Origin: a virus
DNA length: 64,000 nt
IMG/VR virus record: IMGVR_UViG_3300037200_000158
Span: 1-64,000 of that record
Direction: 5' to 3' (one strand)
The translations under genes were made by a program, and so were the position numbers. Positions 16,800 to 25,460 of this stretch are shown here, one piece after another. The first letter of the stretch is position 1, and each line of letters begins with the position of its first letter. The notes beneath the pieces were generated by a model, which saw only the letters and a program-made list of their open reading frames with translations, was not told the DNA's origin and did not search any database.

Positions 16800-17056
16800 C
16801 CCGCACGCTCGACAAGACGATCTTCATCCTGGCCTACTGGCCGATGCTTCTCTGGCTGATGGCGATCCCCCACGAATCCGCGCGTCAGTTCTGGGCGAAC
16901 GTCAGCATGGCTTTTAACGAGCACATGCCGGGCTTCCGATCTCCGCGGCTGTGCAAGATTAGGATGGCGATCTGGCTTATGGGCGTCAGCGGGTGCGTGG
17001 CGACTGGCGCTATCTTTGGCGCGCTGGTACGGCTGGCCTGGCACATCGCCAGGTAG
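16796..17056 (+). CDS. small membrane protein
   Basis: 86-aa track ORF with an ATGA overlap and hydrophobic segments. Confidence 0.55.
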   Translation: MTRTLDKTIFILAYWPMLLWLMAIPHESARQFWANVSMAFNEHMPGFRSPRLCKIRMAIWLMGVSGCVATGAIFGALVRLAWHIAR

Positions 17057-17062
17057 GGACCG

Positions 17063-17407
17063 ATGGACCTCATCCGACGCCTGTTCGCGGTTCTTCGCAT
17101 CCTCTGGTTGCGGTGGCGCAACCCTCCGCCGACGCTTGAAGAATTACAACGTGAGCGAGAGGCGCGGCTGCGGCGGATCGATCAGGAGCACAAGGCCGCA
17201 CTCGCGGAGTTCGATGCGGAACTTGAGCCGATCACCACCCGTCAGGAAGTCAAGCAGGCCTGGGCGGTGCTGAGTCAGGCCCAACGCGCCATCGAGCGCG
17301 CGGATTTGATCGTATCCGGGCAGCCGTATGTAGACCGCTGGGCCGACCATGTTCGCGTGTACGCCGACGGAACCAGAACGCCAATTCCCGGCGACCGGCA
17401 ATTCTAA
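17063..17407 (+). CDS. hypothetical protein
   Basis: 114-aa track ORF. Confidence 0.55.
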   Translation: MDLIRRLFAVLRILWLRWRNPPPTLEELQREREARLRRIDQEHKAALAEFDAELEPITTRQEVKQAWAVLSQAQRAIERADLIVSGQPYVDRWADHVRVYADGTRTPIPGDRQF

Positions 17408-17410
17408 GTC

Positions 17411-17845
17411 ATGAAAATCAACCTTACGCCCCGCTGGCTTCACGATCTTCTGACCAGGAACACCCGGGCCGAACTCGTTGCAGAAATCGCCCTCCTTAAC
17501 AAGCAGTACGGCAAACTCACGGCCGCCTACGAGAGACTCTTTACAGACCTTGAAGTGTCCGAGAAGAACGTCGAGCAACTGCGCGAGCTTTGCACCCAGC
17601 AGCGCGAGGAAATCGCAATGCTTGAACCGCGCCGGGCTGAAGCCGAGAAAGAGCGCCGCGCTACTGAGGCGACGATTCGCCAGGAATTCCTCAACGATAC
17701 CGTGGTGCGCGGCACCCGCTGGGGAGATATGACAGAGGAGCAGCGAGCCGAGGTCGCCAAGCCCACGGAGACATCCCTGCGCGCCGCCATACGACTTCTG
17801 GAATCGCGTATATTAGCACTCGAATCCACGCAAGTGGAAGCGTAA
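17411..17845 (+). CDS. coiled-coil protein
   Basis: 144-aa track ORF with heptad-like charged repeats. Confidence 0.55.
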   Translation: MKINLTPRWLHDLLTRNTRAELVAEIALLNKQYGKLTAAYERLFTDLEVSEKNVEQLRELCTQQREEIAMLEPRRAEAEKERRATEATIRQEFLNDTVVRGTRWGDMTEEQRAEVAKPTETSLRAAIRLLESRILALESTQVEA

Positions 17846-17852
17846 TCGAAGC

Positions 17853-18149
17853 ATGGCTCTCTCGGTAACGCACCTCGGTAAAAACACCAATCGCGACCAC
17901 CACCTCGGACTCAATTCCCTGGATGTTGTGAATGAGATGGGTCGCGAGTTCGGAACCTACATCGTGGACAGTCCGGCGCATGGCAGCGGGGCGGGGCGTT
18001 TCTGGAATGTCCGCTGCAAGGTGTGCGGCGCGCTGACCACGATGCGTGGCGTGCAAATCCGCCGTGATATTGCAAAGCGTGGCGCAAAGCCGTGCAAGTC
18101 CTGCCTGGGAGAACCTACCATGTCTACCATGGTAGAGAATTCGACGTAA
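17853..18149 (+). CDS. zinc-ribbon protein
   Basis: 98-aa track ORF. CKVCG...CKSC. Confidence 0.55.
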   Translation: MALSVTHLGKNTNRDHHLGLNSLDVVNEMGREFGTYIVDSPAHGSGAGRFWNVRCKVCGALTTMRGVQIRRDIAKRGAKPCKSCLGEPTMSTMVENST

Positions 18150-18204
18150 TCACCACGCTATCTAACATTTACAGTAAAGTGCAGCGTCGCGACGACACAG
18201 CACA

Positions 18205-20478
18205 ATGGCACAACCCCTTTCGTCGGGACCGAACCGACACTCCACGAAGGCCACGGGCAAGGATCGTCCCGTCCATGACGCCAGTATTGCGCCGGTAATC
18301 CGAGACGGCGAATCCTCTTCTGTCCGCACCAGCCGCACGAACGATAAAGGACTGGTCATTGTTTCTGCGACCCGCCAGCCGGAAGTTATCGCCGATCCCG
18401 AAGAGGAATTCCTTTCGAAAGCCCGCGAGCGCTTCGCCCGGGTAGTTTCCTCTGAGAACGACTGGCGCCGGGACGCAAAAGAAGAACTCGACTTCACCGA
18501 CGGCCTGAAGCACTGGGACGAAACAATGCGCGCCGAGCGCACTGGCCGCCCCTGCCTCACCTTCGACCGCATCACCCCCGCCGTAAAGCAGGTCGTCAAC
18601 GAAGCGCGGCAGTCTCCGCCAGAACCGGAAGTAGCACCGGTCGGCGGCGGAGCGGATAAGGAAACCGCCCAGGTCATTCAGGGCCTGTTCCGCAACATCG
18701 ACAACGATTCAGGCTCCGACACTGTCTTCATGACGGCGTACGAGCACGCCTGCAAAATCGGGCGCGGCTGGTGGAGAATCCTGTTCGACTGGGAGACTGA
18801 CGATCCCACTTCGCAGGAAGCCTTCCTGCAGAAGCTGATGCTGAAGCGGATTCCGAATCCGTTTTCGATCTACGTCGACCCGGCCTGCCTCGAATTCGAC
18901 TACTCGGACATGGACTTCCTGTTCCATACCGAGGACATTGACCGCGACACGTTCAAGGAACTCTACGGCGAAGATGCCGAGCGCACGCTCGAATACTTCG
19001 GTGCCGGCGTCACCTTCGAGGCCACGGGAGACCGGATACGCAGCGACTGGTTCCCGAATGGGGCCATCCGCGTCGCCGAGTATTGGTACAAAGAACGCAC
19101 GAAGCGGACGATTCATCTTCTCGAGGGCGGCCGCGTCGTCGAGGATGCCGAGCTCTACGATGCCACGCCGGTAGCAACCCGCGAACTCTTCGAAACGAAG
19201 ATCTTCTGCTGCAAGATGACCGGCGGGGATGTAATCCGCCGGTGGGAGTGGCCCGGTAAGTGGATTCCGTTCGTTCCGGTCATCGGCGACGAGATCTGGA
19301 AGAACGGCAAGCGCACCGTCCGCGGCATGATTCGCCCGGCGATGGACGCCAACCTGTCTTACGACTTCATGCGGTCGAAGCAGGCGGAATCTATCGCGCT
19401 TGCTCCGATTTCCCCGGTAATGGCCGCAATCGGCTCCCTCGGGCAGTTCGAGAGCATGTGGGCAGATGCCAACCGCAAGGCCTATGCGGTGCTTCCGTAC
19501 CTTACTGAGGTCAACGGGAAGCCGGTACCTCCTCCGCAGCGCCTGAACACGGCTGACGCGCAAGTACAGGCCATTACGCTCGCGATCGCTCATGCCGAAA
19601 ACGACATCGAGGCGATGACGCAGACGTACAAGCCCGATCTCGGAGCTCCACAGGCCGAAGCGTCAGGACGGGCGATTCTTGCGCGACAGCGAGAGGGCGA
19701 CAACGCCCACTTCAACTACCACGACAACCTGGCGCGGTCGATTCGCCGTACTGGGCTGATCGAACTGGACCTCATTCCGGTCGTCTACAGCGAAGAGCGG
19801 GCGATTACGATCTTCGACCCGGACCAGAGCGTTCGTTCGGTAACGATCAACGCTATGACGCTCCACAAAGGCGCTCAGCGTATCTTCGACCTCGCGCAAA
19901 CGCACGGCGCGGCGCGGTACGACGTTGTCATGAAGTCGGGACCATCGTATGCAACCCGCCGGCAGGAAGGCGCGGCGGCCTTGATGGACCTCATCAAGTT
20001 CATCCCGGGTCCAATGTCACGAGCGCTGGACCTGCTCGTCGGCTACCTGGACATCCCGGATCAGGACGCACTCGCGGCGCGGTTGCGGCCTGCGGACATC
20101 CCGACCGATGATGGCCCGACCATCCAGCAGTTGACGCAGCAGAATCACCAGATGCAGCAGTTGATTCAACAACTGACGCAATCGGTGAACGCGCTAAGCG
20201 ACAAGACGGCGGCAGAGCGGCTGAAACTGGCATCGCAGGAGCGCACTGCGATCCACGGAGACTTTGCGGGTATCCTCGAAGCTCTCATCAAGGCGAAATC
20301 CAGTGGGGCGGAAGCGTTACTGTCCGAAGTGGCAGAGACGCTCCGCCAGCGAGAAGCGCAACTCGCGGCAAGCCAGGAAACGGCCAATCCAGACGCAGCG
20401 GGAAGTCAGCCGCAGGGGCAGCCAGCGGCACAACCGCAGGCCGCGCCGGGTCCGGCGGCACCTTCAGCCTCTTCGTAG
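18205..20478 (+). CDS. portal protein
   Basis: 757 aa, positioned after the terminase. WRRDAKEELDFTDGLKHWDE...RTGRPCLTFDRI...VVNEARQS...IQGLFRNI matches the conserved portal N-terminal pattern of P22/T7-like phages. Confidence 0.85.
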   Translation: MAQPLSSGPNRHSTKATGKDRPVHDASIAPVIRDGESSSVRTSRTNDKGLVIVSATRQPEVIADPEEEFLSKARERFARVVSSENDWRRDAKEELDFTDGLKHWDETMRAERTGRPCLTFDRITPAVKQVVNEARQSPPEPEVAPVGGGADKETAQVIQGLFRNIDNDSGSDTVFMTAYEHACKIGRGWWRILFDWETDDPTSQEAFLQKLMLKRIPNPFSIYVDPACLEFDYSDMDFLFHTEDIDRDTFKELYGEDAERTLEYFGAGVTFEATGDRIRSDWFPNGAIRVAEYWYKERTKRTIHLLEGGRVVEDAELYDATPVATRELFETKIFCCKMTGGDVIRRWEWPGKWIPFVPVIGDEIWKNGKRTVRGMIRPAMDANLSYDFMRSKQAESIALAPISPVMAAIGSLGQFESMWADANRKAYAVLPYLTEVNGKPVPPPQRLNTADAQVQAITLAIAHAENDIEAMTQTYKPDLGAPQAEASGRAILARQREGDNAHFNYHDNLARSIRRTGLIELDLIPVVYSEERAITIFDPDQSVRSVTINAMTLHKGAQRIFDLAQTHGAARYDVVMKSGPSYATRRQEGAAALMDLIKFIPGPMSRALDLLVGYLDIPDQDALAARLRPADIPTDDGPTIQQLTQQNHQMQQLIQQLTQSVNALSDKTAAERLKLASQERTAIHGDFAGILEALIKAKSSGAEALLSEVAETLRQREAQLAASQETANPDAAGSQPQGQPAAQPQAAPGPAAPSASS

Positions 20479-20693
20479 TCGGAATCAGTCACATACGACA
20501 GATCGCCGAAGCCGCATAGGCTGTAGCCAATCAGTTGAGCGAACTGGACCCTGTCTTCGCGAGTGAAGGGCAACACGGCCAGATGGTTCATGTCGAACTT
20601 GCCGTTGTCAAGAAGAAACTTCACGATGGCGTTTTGCTTAAATCTCTGGATGCCATCTACCGTCACGAGCGGTTGATGCGGATGCTTTGTCAT
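20406..20693 (-). CDS. conserved hypothetical protein, antisense to portal 3' end
   Basis: Track ORF trimmed to MTKHPHQPLVTVDGIQRFKQNAIVKFLLDN...FAQLIGYSLCGFGDLSYV. Its ATG lies 9 nt from the palindrome. Its last 72 nt overlap the portal gene. Confidence 0.55.
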   Translation of the reverse strand: MTKHPHQPLVTVDGIQRFKQNAIVKFLLDNGKFDMNHLAVLPFTREDRVQFAQLIGYSLCGFGDLSYVTDSDYEEAEGAAGPGAACGCAAGCPCG

Positions 20694-20701
20694 CCCACGA
20701 T

Positions 20702-20710
20702 TGTAATACA
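20702..20710. promoter_or_regulatory. TGTAATACA palindrome between divergent starts
   Basis: Perfect 9-mer, 11 nt before plus-strand ATG 20721 and 9 nt before minus-strand ATG 20693. Confidence 0.6.
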
Positions 20711-20720
20711 GATTAAACCT

Positions 20721-21185
20721 ATGAGAGTATCCCATCTGCCGGAAGTGACGCCCCTGAGTTTCGCTCAGAGCGCACTGCTCCGCCTAGAAGACGAACTATC
20801 GCGCAGGGGGATTGGCTCCCATAACGTATGCTTCCCGAATCTGGACGATGGTGGTTCCTCCCCAAAAGGCGTCGTTGCCGTAGATCTCGAAATCAGGGAA
20901 GCCGACCGCAGGTTGCCACTTAGCGATATCGAGGCCCGCTTCCTCGCGCCATGCGTAGCTGTGCTGGCAAATGAAATCGAGTCTAGGTATGATCCCCGCA
21001 AGGGACCATTCCGATGCCAGCCTATCGAATTACCGCCCGGCACGCTACCGTGGTCTGAGCTCGTGACCAGCAAAAGGCTCGCGGTACGTGTTTTGGCGCA
21101 GATCAAGTTGACGAAGCGCGGCACGGCACGCAAGCGTCGTCCGTTCCCATACCAGATCCGTATCGAAGTAGCGCAAGCCCAATGA
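20721..21185 (+). CDS. hypothetical protein
   Basis: Track ORF 20535..21185 trimmed to MRVSHLPEV. Confidence 0.55.
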   Translation: MRVSHLPEVTPLSFAQSALLRLEDELSRRGIGSHNVCFPNLDDGGSSPKGVVAVDLEIREADRRLPLSDIEARFLAPCVAVLANEIESRYDPRKGPFRCQPIELPPGTLPWSELVTSKRLAVRVLAQIKLTKRGTARKRRPFPYQIRIEVAQAQ

Positions 21186-21240
21186 ATTCAGTAACAAACC
21201 TCTGAGGCTGTCCTGACGGGCGGCGAGAGATGGAGAATAA

Positions 21241-21507
21241 ATGCACGCAGTAACGAATCTTCCGCTATTCGTGGGAGACATGGTTGAGATCGGCCGAGAA
21301 ACCTTTACGGTCAAGCAGATCATTGCCGATCCCGGTGCCTCGATGGCAATGGCTGGAAGCGCTGGCCCTGTCACCGCGGATCGTGGTGCCTATCTGGTCC
21401 ACGGCATCCTGGAAAAGGTATCCCCAAAACCGGACGACTATACCTGGCTCCCGGAGGCATCTGGCTGGCGCAAGGTTTCGCTGATGGAAGGTGAACCATG
21501 CCAGTAG
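21241..21507 (+). CDS. hypothetical small protein
   Basis: 88-aa track ORF. Confidence 0.55.
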   Translation: MHAVTNLPLFVGDMVEIGRETFTVKQIIADPGASMAMAGSAGPVTADRGAYLVHGILEKVSPKPDDYTWLPEASGWRKVSLMEGEPCQ

Positions 21508-22727
21508 CAGAATTGCCCGAGATCGTGGTTAACTCGAAATCGCCGGGTAACACGCCAGAGGTGGTCGCGGGAGTCATGCGCGACCTTGGGTACAACGTAG
21601 GTTCGGTGGAAGTGCAGGAAGCGCAGCCAACCCCCGAAGAAGAGGCGAACGCTGCCGCAACCGAACAGGCGGAAACTGAAGCCGCCGAGGCCGCTCTCGA
21701 AACCGAGCGCGTCGAAAAGGAAGAAAAGGAAAAGAAGTCCCGCAATGACCGCCGCCGCGAAGCTAAAGAGCGCGACCAGCAGGCCATCAAAGACGCGACC
21801 GAGCGCGCTGAACGGGTAGAGCGGGAATTCGCCGACTTCAAGGCTAAAACAACCTCCGAATTCGAAGATCTCCGCAAGAATCCTCCGAAGGCCGAAGTCG
21901 CCGCCCCCGAACTCGTTGCTCCGAAGCGCCCCACTCGCGCCGAGTTCTTCGAAGCAGCCGATCCCGAAGCGGCATACGAAGATGCGTTGCTCGATTACGG
22001 CGACGCCCGCCGCACCTACCAGCAGAAGCTCGAAGAGAGCAAGAAGCCGAAGGCATCGGAACCGGAAAAGCCCGCAGCCGCCGCGAAGCCCGACACTCAG
22101 GTCGCCACGCAGTCCTTCGACGACGTTCTGGCGACAACCAAAGATCCGACGTTGAAACGCTTCCTGACGAACGTCAAGGAAGTGTCTGGCAAGCATCCCG
22201 ATGCCGCGAAAGCCATCGAAGAGAACCTGCCGAACGTCAACCCAGCTATGATCTCCGCCATTCATCAGTTCGATGAACCGGCGCGAATCGCACTGTATCT
22301 CGCGAAGCATCCCGACGACTCGAAACGAATCAAGGGCCTCACGGACGGAAACGTCGCAGAGGATCCCCGCAAGATTCGCAACGCCCTGACGGAACTCGCG
22401 AAAATCGAGCAACTGGCAGCAGAAGAAGACGCAGCCAGCGGAGCCGCATCCGGCAGCGAAGAAGACGACGAGCAGCAGACGACACAGCCCGATCCCGAGG
22501 TTGACGCTGCGGCCGCCCGTATTTCCCCGCAGCCACAACGCCCCGCAGCAGCCCAGAAGCCGCCAGTCGCTCAAACCCCGCAACCTACAGGCAAGAAGAA
22601 AGCGACTCCGATCGATCCCATCGGCGCGCGCGGCGCACAGCACGAAAAGCGTTATGAAGATATGACGCCCGACGAGCAGCGCAAGCTCAGCCCCGATGAA
22701 GTTCGCAAGATGCGCGGGATGCTCTAG
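21498..22727 (+). CDS. scaffolding protein (putative)
   Basis: 409 aa, strongly charged, Ala/Glu/Lys-rich and helical. Lies between the portal and coat genes. Confidence 0.6.
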   Translation: MPVAELPEIVVNSKSPGNTPEVVAGVMRDLGYNVGSVEVQEAQPTPEEEANAAATEQAETEAAEAALETERVEKEEKEKKSRNDRRREAKERDQQAIKDATERAERVEREFADFKAKTTSEFEDLRKNPPKAEVAAPELVAPKRPTRAEFFEAADPEAAYEDALLDYGDARRTYQQKLEESKKPKASEPEKPAAAAKPDTQVATQSFDDVLATTKDPTLKRFLTNVKEVSGKHPDAAKAIEENLPNVNPAMISAIHQFDEPARIALYLAKHPDDSKRIKGLTDGNVAEDPRKIRNALTELAKIEQLAAEEDAASGAASGSEEDDEQQTTQPDPEVDAAAARISPQPQRPAAAQKPPVAQTPQPTGKKKATPIDPIGARGAQHEKRYEDMTPDEQRKLSPDEVRKMRGML

Positions 22728-22856
22728 CAGCGTCCGTTCTGCCTATTCAGCGCCTGATCAGCGCACGGTCCCGCTTTAGCTGTGAAGCGTCGGCGGGCCA
22801 ACCCTTAATCAAAACACGACCGCTGAGATAGCTGGTCGAAAGGAAAATTTACAGCA

Positions 22857-22953
22857 ATGGCGAACGAACTCATTAACCCGGTCGCGGTTGCACAGGATTC
22901 ATTAATACGCTGGGAGAACAATCTCACTGCCGCAAAGTACGTGAATCGCGAGT
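22857..22953 (+). CDS. major capsid (P22-type coat) protein, exon 1
   Basis: ATG with GAAAGGAAA upstream. MANELINPVAVAQDSLIRWENNLTAAKYVNRE is a typical coat N arm. Unspliced, it hits TAA at 22959-61. Confidence 0.7.
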
Positions 22954-23234
22954 CGGCGTAAGCCGGGCTCCTCGGTTGAGCAATCAGCCGCAGCAAACGG
23001 TGTGAAACGGGGAACCCCTAAAGCCGCAAGGCCATGGCAATCCCGTAGGAAGTCAGTTGTCCGCTCAAATCGGACAACTGGATGCCTCTAACGACCATTC
23101 CGCAAGGAAGTAGGCTCAAGCGAGCCGAAGCGCACCGCGCCCCATGAGGGCGATGATATGGTCTAACCTCACGACGAAAGCGTGAGCAGCCCGCAAGGGC
23201 GGATTCCGGCGGCGGTCGGAATCGAATATAAGTG
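22954..23234 (+). mobile_element. group I-like intron 1 (no ORF)
   Basis: P1-like hairpin GAGU|CGGC-GUAA-GCCG-G-GCUC with a U.G wobble. GNRA-capped helices and CCUAAAG/CAUGG receptor-like motifs. Homologous to intron 2. The 3' boundary is uncertain by 3 nt. Confidence 0.6.
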
Positions 23235-23273
23235 TCGATCCACAGTTTGCGCTGCCAGGTGACAAGATTGGGT
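23235..23273 (+). CDS. major capsid protein, micro-exon 2
   Basis: Encodes (F)DPQFALPGDKIG, the F-x3-G-D-x-I motif expected after the coat N arm. Flanked by intron-like RNA. Confidence 0.55.
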
Positions 23274-24339
23274 TCCCCTAACGGGGCAAGCCCCAGCGGA
23301 GAGAGATCTCCGTTTGCAAATCGGGTGAATTGCTGGAAACTCCTAAAGCCGCATACTGCGGATATCATGGACAATCAGCAGCCGAGCCTGATGTAATGGT
23401 TCAGTGGAAACCGAAGAAAGATCCTGTGTTCTTTGCGGCAGCAGCGGCCCGTTCTATCCGGGAGGCGGCATGCGTAAAGAGCGCTGCAAAAAGTGCATGT
23501 CGAAGTACGCTATTGAGCGCCGCGAAGCGAGAATCGCAGCGAATCCCAGCTTGTACGATGAGCACTTGGCATACGAGAAGGCGCGGAACGCGCGGCACGT
23601 CAAAATGGTCCTGGACTATTATGGCGCCGAGTGCGAGTGTTGCGGCGAAACCGAGCCGAAGTTCTTGACGGTTGACCACATAGAACCGATTGGCAGTTAC
23701 AAGAAAAGAGTCGAGAGGGGCCACAACCGGATGTACTCATGGCTCGTCTTGAATAGCTTTCCGCCGGGCTACCGGCTTCTCTGTTCAAACTGCAATCATG
23801 GACGCGCCCGCAATGGCGGGATATGTCCGCATCAGGAAGGTTCACAGGCCAGAGCGAAAGCTCGTAGCCGCAAGCGCGGCGAAGTCCCCGAGGTCCACCA
23901 GCAACATGTGGATCGTGATATGGTCGATCCTGCACTGAAAGGTGCAGCAGTTCCCGTAGGAAGCTGGGCGGATAATCCGTACTGGCCTTTCGACGGGCCG
24001 CGCTGAGTCCAGCGAACTCAGTGGAATACAAGAGACACGTTTAATGCCCGTCATTCTAAAGGAATAGCGGCCTGACCGAGTAATCGGCCAGTGAAGAACA
24101 TCGAGTAATCGGCGAATCCCGAAGGGCCGCAAGGCACCCGGCAACGCCGAGGTATTTCCGTTATGAGCGGAAGGACCGTAGAGGCCATCCCGCAAGGGAG
24201 TAGGAAGTAAGCGCTTCCGAAGTACGATGCAGCCGGGCAACCGGCTGGTGACATGGTCCGAACTCATGCGACAAGTATGAGCAGCCCGCAAGGGCGCGCG
24301 CAGGCATAAGCAGCCGGCGCGGAACACAATTGATTCCTG
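23274..24339 (+). mobile_element. group I-like intron 2 carrying an HNH ORF
   Basis: P1-like GGGU|U-CCCC-UAAC-GGGG-CAA-GCCC co-varies with intron 1. The 5' (23274-23400) and 3' (24180-24332) parts are homologous to intron 1. An alternative 3' end at G24332 is possible. Confidence 0.6.
23404..24006 (+). CDS. HNH homing endonuclease (intron-encoded)
   Basis: CECCG...LTVDHIEP...LLCSNCNHGR, with an N-terminal CxxC...CxxC. GTG start (alternative ATG 23470 with GGGAGG upstream). Confidence 0.85.
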   Translation: METEERSCVLCGSSGPFYPGGGMRKERCKKCMSKYAIERREARIAANPSLYDEHLAYEKARNARHVKMVLDYYGAECECCGETEPKFLTVDHIEPIGSYKKRVERGHNRMYSWLVLNSFPPGYRLLCSNCNHGRARNGGICPHQEGSQARAKARSRKRGEVPEVHQQHVDRDMVDPALKGAAVPVGSWADNPYWPFDGPR

Positions 24340-25421
24340 TGCGTTTCCGCGGTCGCATCGGCGACCAAATGCAGCCCGAGAGCATCCGCGAAACGGTTGT
24401 TCCGGTAACTGTCAACCAACTCTGGGGCCAGGATCTTCAGATCTCGGACCAGGACCTCACCATGACAATCGACCGCTTCGGCGAGCGATATGTCGAACCC
24501 GCCGTTCAGATCATTGCAAACATGATCGACACGGCGATCCTCAACCTCTACACCTCCGTCTACAACTTCTCGGGCACTCCCGGGGTGTTGCCGACTTCGC
24601 TGTCGACCTATACGGACGCCGGCGTAGTTCTGGCGGACAGCGCCATGCCGAAGGGCCGGATGACCTCGCTTCTGGTCAACCCGCGTTCCGAAGCGGCCGT
24701 GCTGGGCTTCGTCAACAACATCTTCAACCCGCCCAAAACTATCGGCGAGCAGTACCTGACCGGTAAGATGGGCGAGGCTGTTGGATTCAAGTGGTCGATG
24801 GACCAGAACATCCAGCGGCAGACGGTTGGACTCTGCACTGCCTCTCAGCCCGTCGTTAACGCGGCGAATCAGAGCGGTAACAGCATCACCACCTCCGGCT
24901 GGGCGAACAGCGTCCAGGTGCTGAATACCGGCGACATCGTGCAGTTCGGCGGATGCGATTCGGTCAACCCGATCAGCTACAACGATACGGGTTCGCTGCG
25001 CAGCTTCGTCGTTACGGCGCCTGTCGTGTCGAGCAATGCCGGTCTTGCGACGATTCCGATCTCTCCCGATCTGAATGCCGACGTTACCAGTTGCTTCCAG
25101 ACCGTTACTGCACTGCCCGCGAACAACGCGCAGGTGTATGTGTACGGCGTTGGATACCCCAACCTCGGCAACATCTCCGGCGTCAGTTCGGCGCAGAATC
25201 TGGCGTTCCACCGCGACGCGTTCACTCTCGTGATCGTGAAGCTCGAACTACCGGGCGGCATGGAGTGGTCGGAAGAAGTCTCGAACCCGCGAGTCGGAAT
25301 CTCGATTCGCCTGGTGCGCGGCTACTCGATCAAGGACAACCAGAAGTACACGCGGCTCGACGTTCTCGGCGGGGTCAAGACGATCCGTCCGGAATTTGCG
25401 GCACGCATCTGCTCGAACTAA
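24340..25421 (+). CDS. major capsid (P22-type coat) protein, exon 3
   Basis: Track ORF 24330..25421 has no credible start. RFRGRIGDQ...DLTMTIDRFGERYVEPAV...NLAFHRDAFTLVIVKLELP is collinear with P22 gp5-family coats. Exons 1-3 total 1218 nt, in frame. Confidence 0.8.
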
Positions 25422-25460
25422 CGAGCGCTGCACGCACAAAAGAAAACCACTTTAGGAGAA

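Noticed and set aside
21438-22643. Long antisense or alternate-frame ORFs in the track. Examples: 21438..22643(-) 401 aa, 47469..48713(-) 414 aa, 42507..43685(-) 392 aa, 53282..54547(-) 421 aa, 24264..25211(-) 315 aa, 32950..33885(-) 311 aa, 18709..19593(-) 294 aa.
   Set aside because: Each lies entirely opposite or out of frame to a recognisable gene (scaffold, ejection protein, gp10-like, giant ORF, coat, fibre, portal). Each is Arg/Gly/Ala/Pro-rich and low in complexity, as expected for shadow ORFs in GC-rich DNA.
22954-24339. Group II intron, or IscB/omega-RNA-type element, as an explanation for the structured RNA plus HNH.
   Set aside because: There is no reverse transcriptase or RuvC domain. 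I could not draw a 34-nt domain V with an AGC triad and 2-nt bulge, and there is no GUGYG 5' end. U.G-wobble P1 hairpins and an HNH-only ORF fit group I better.
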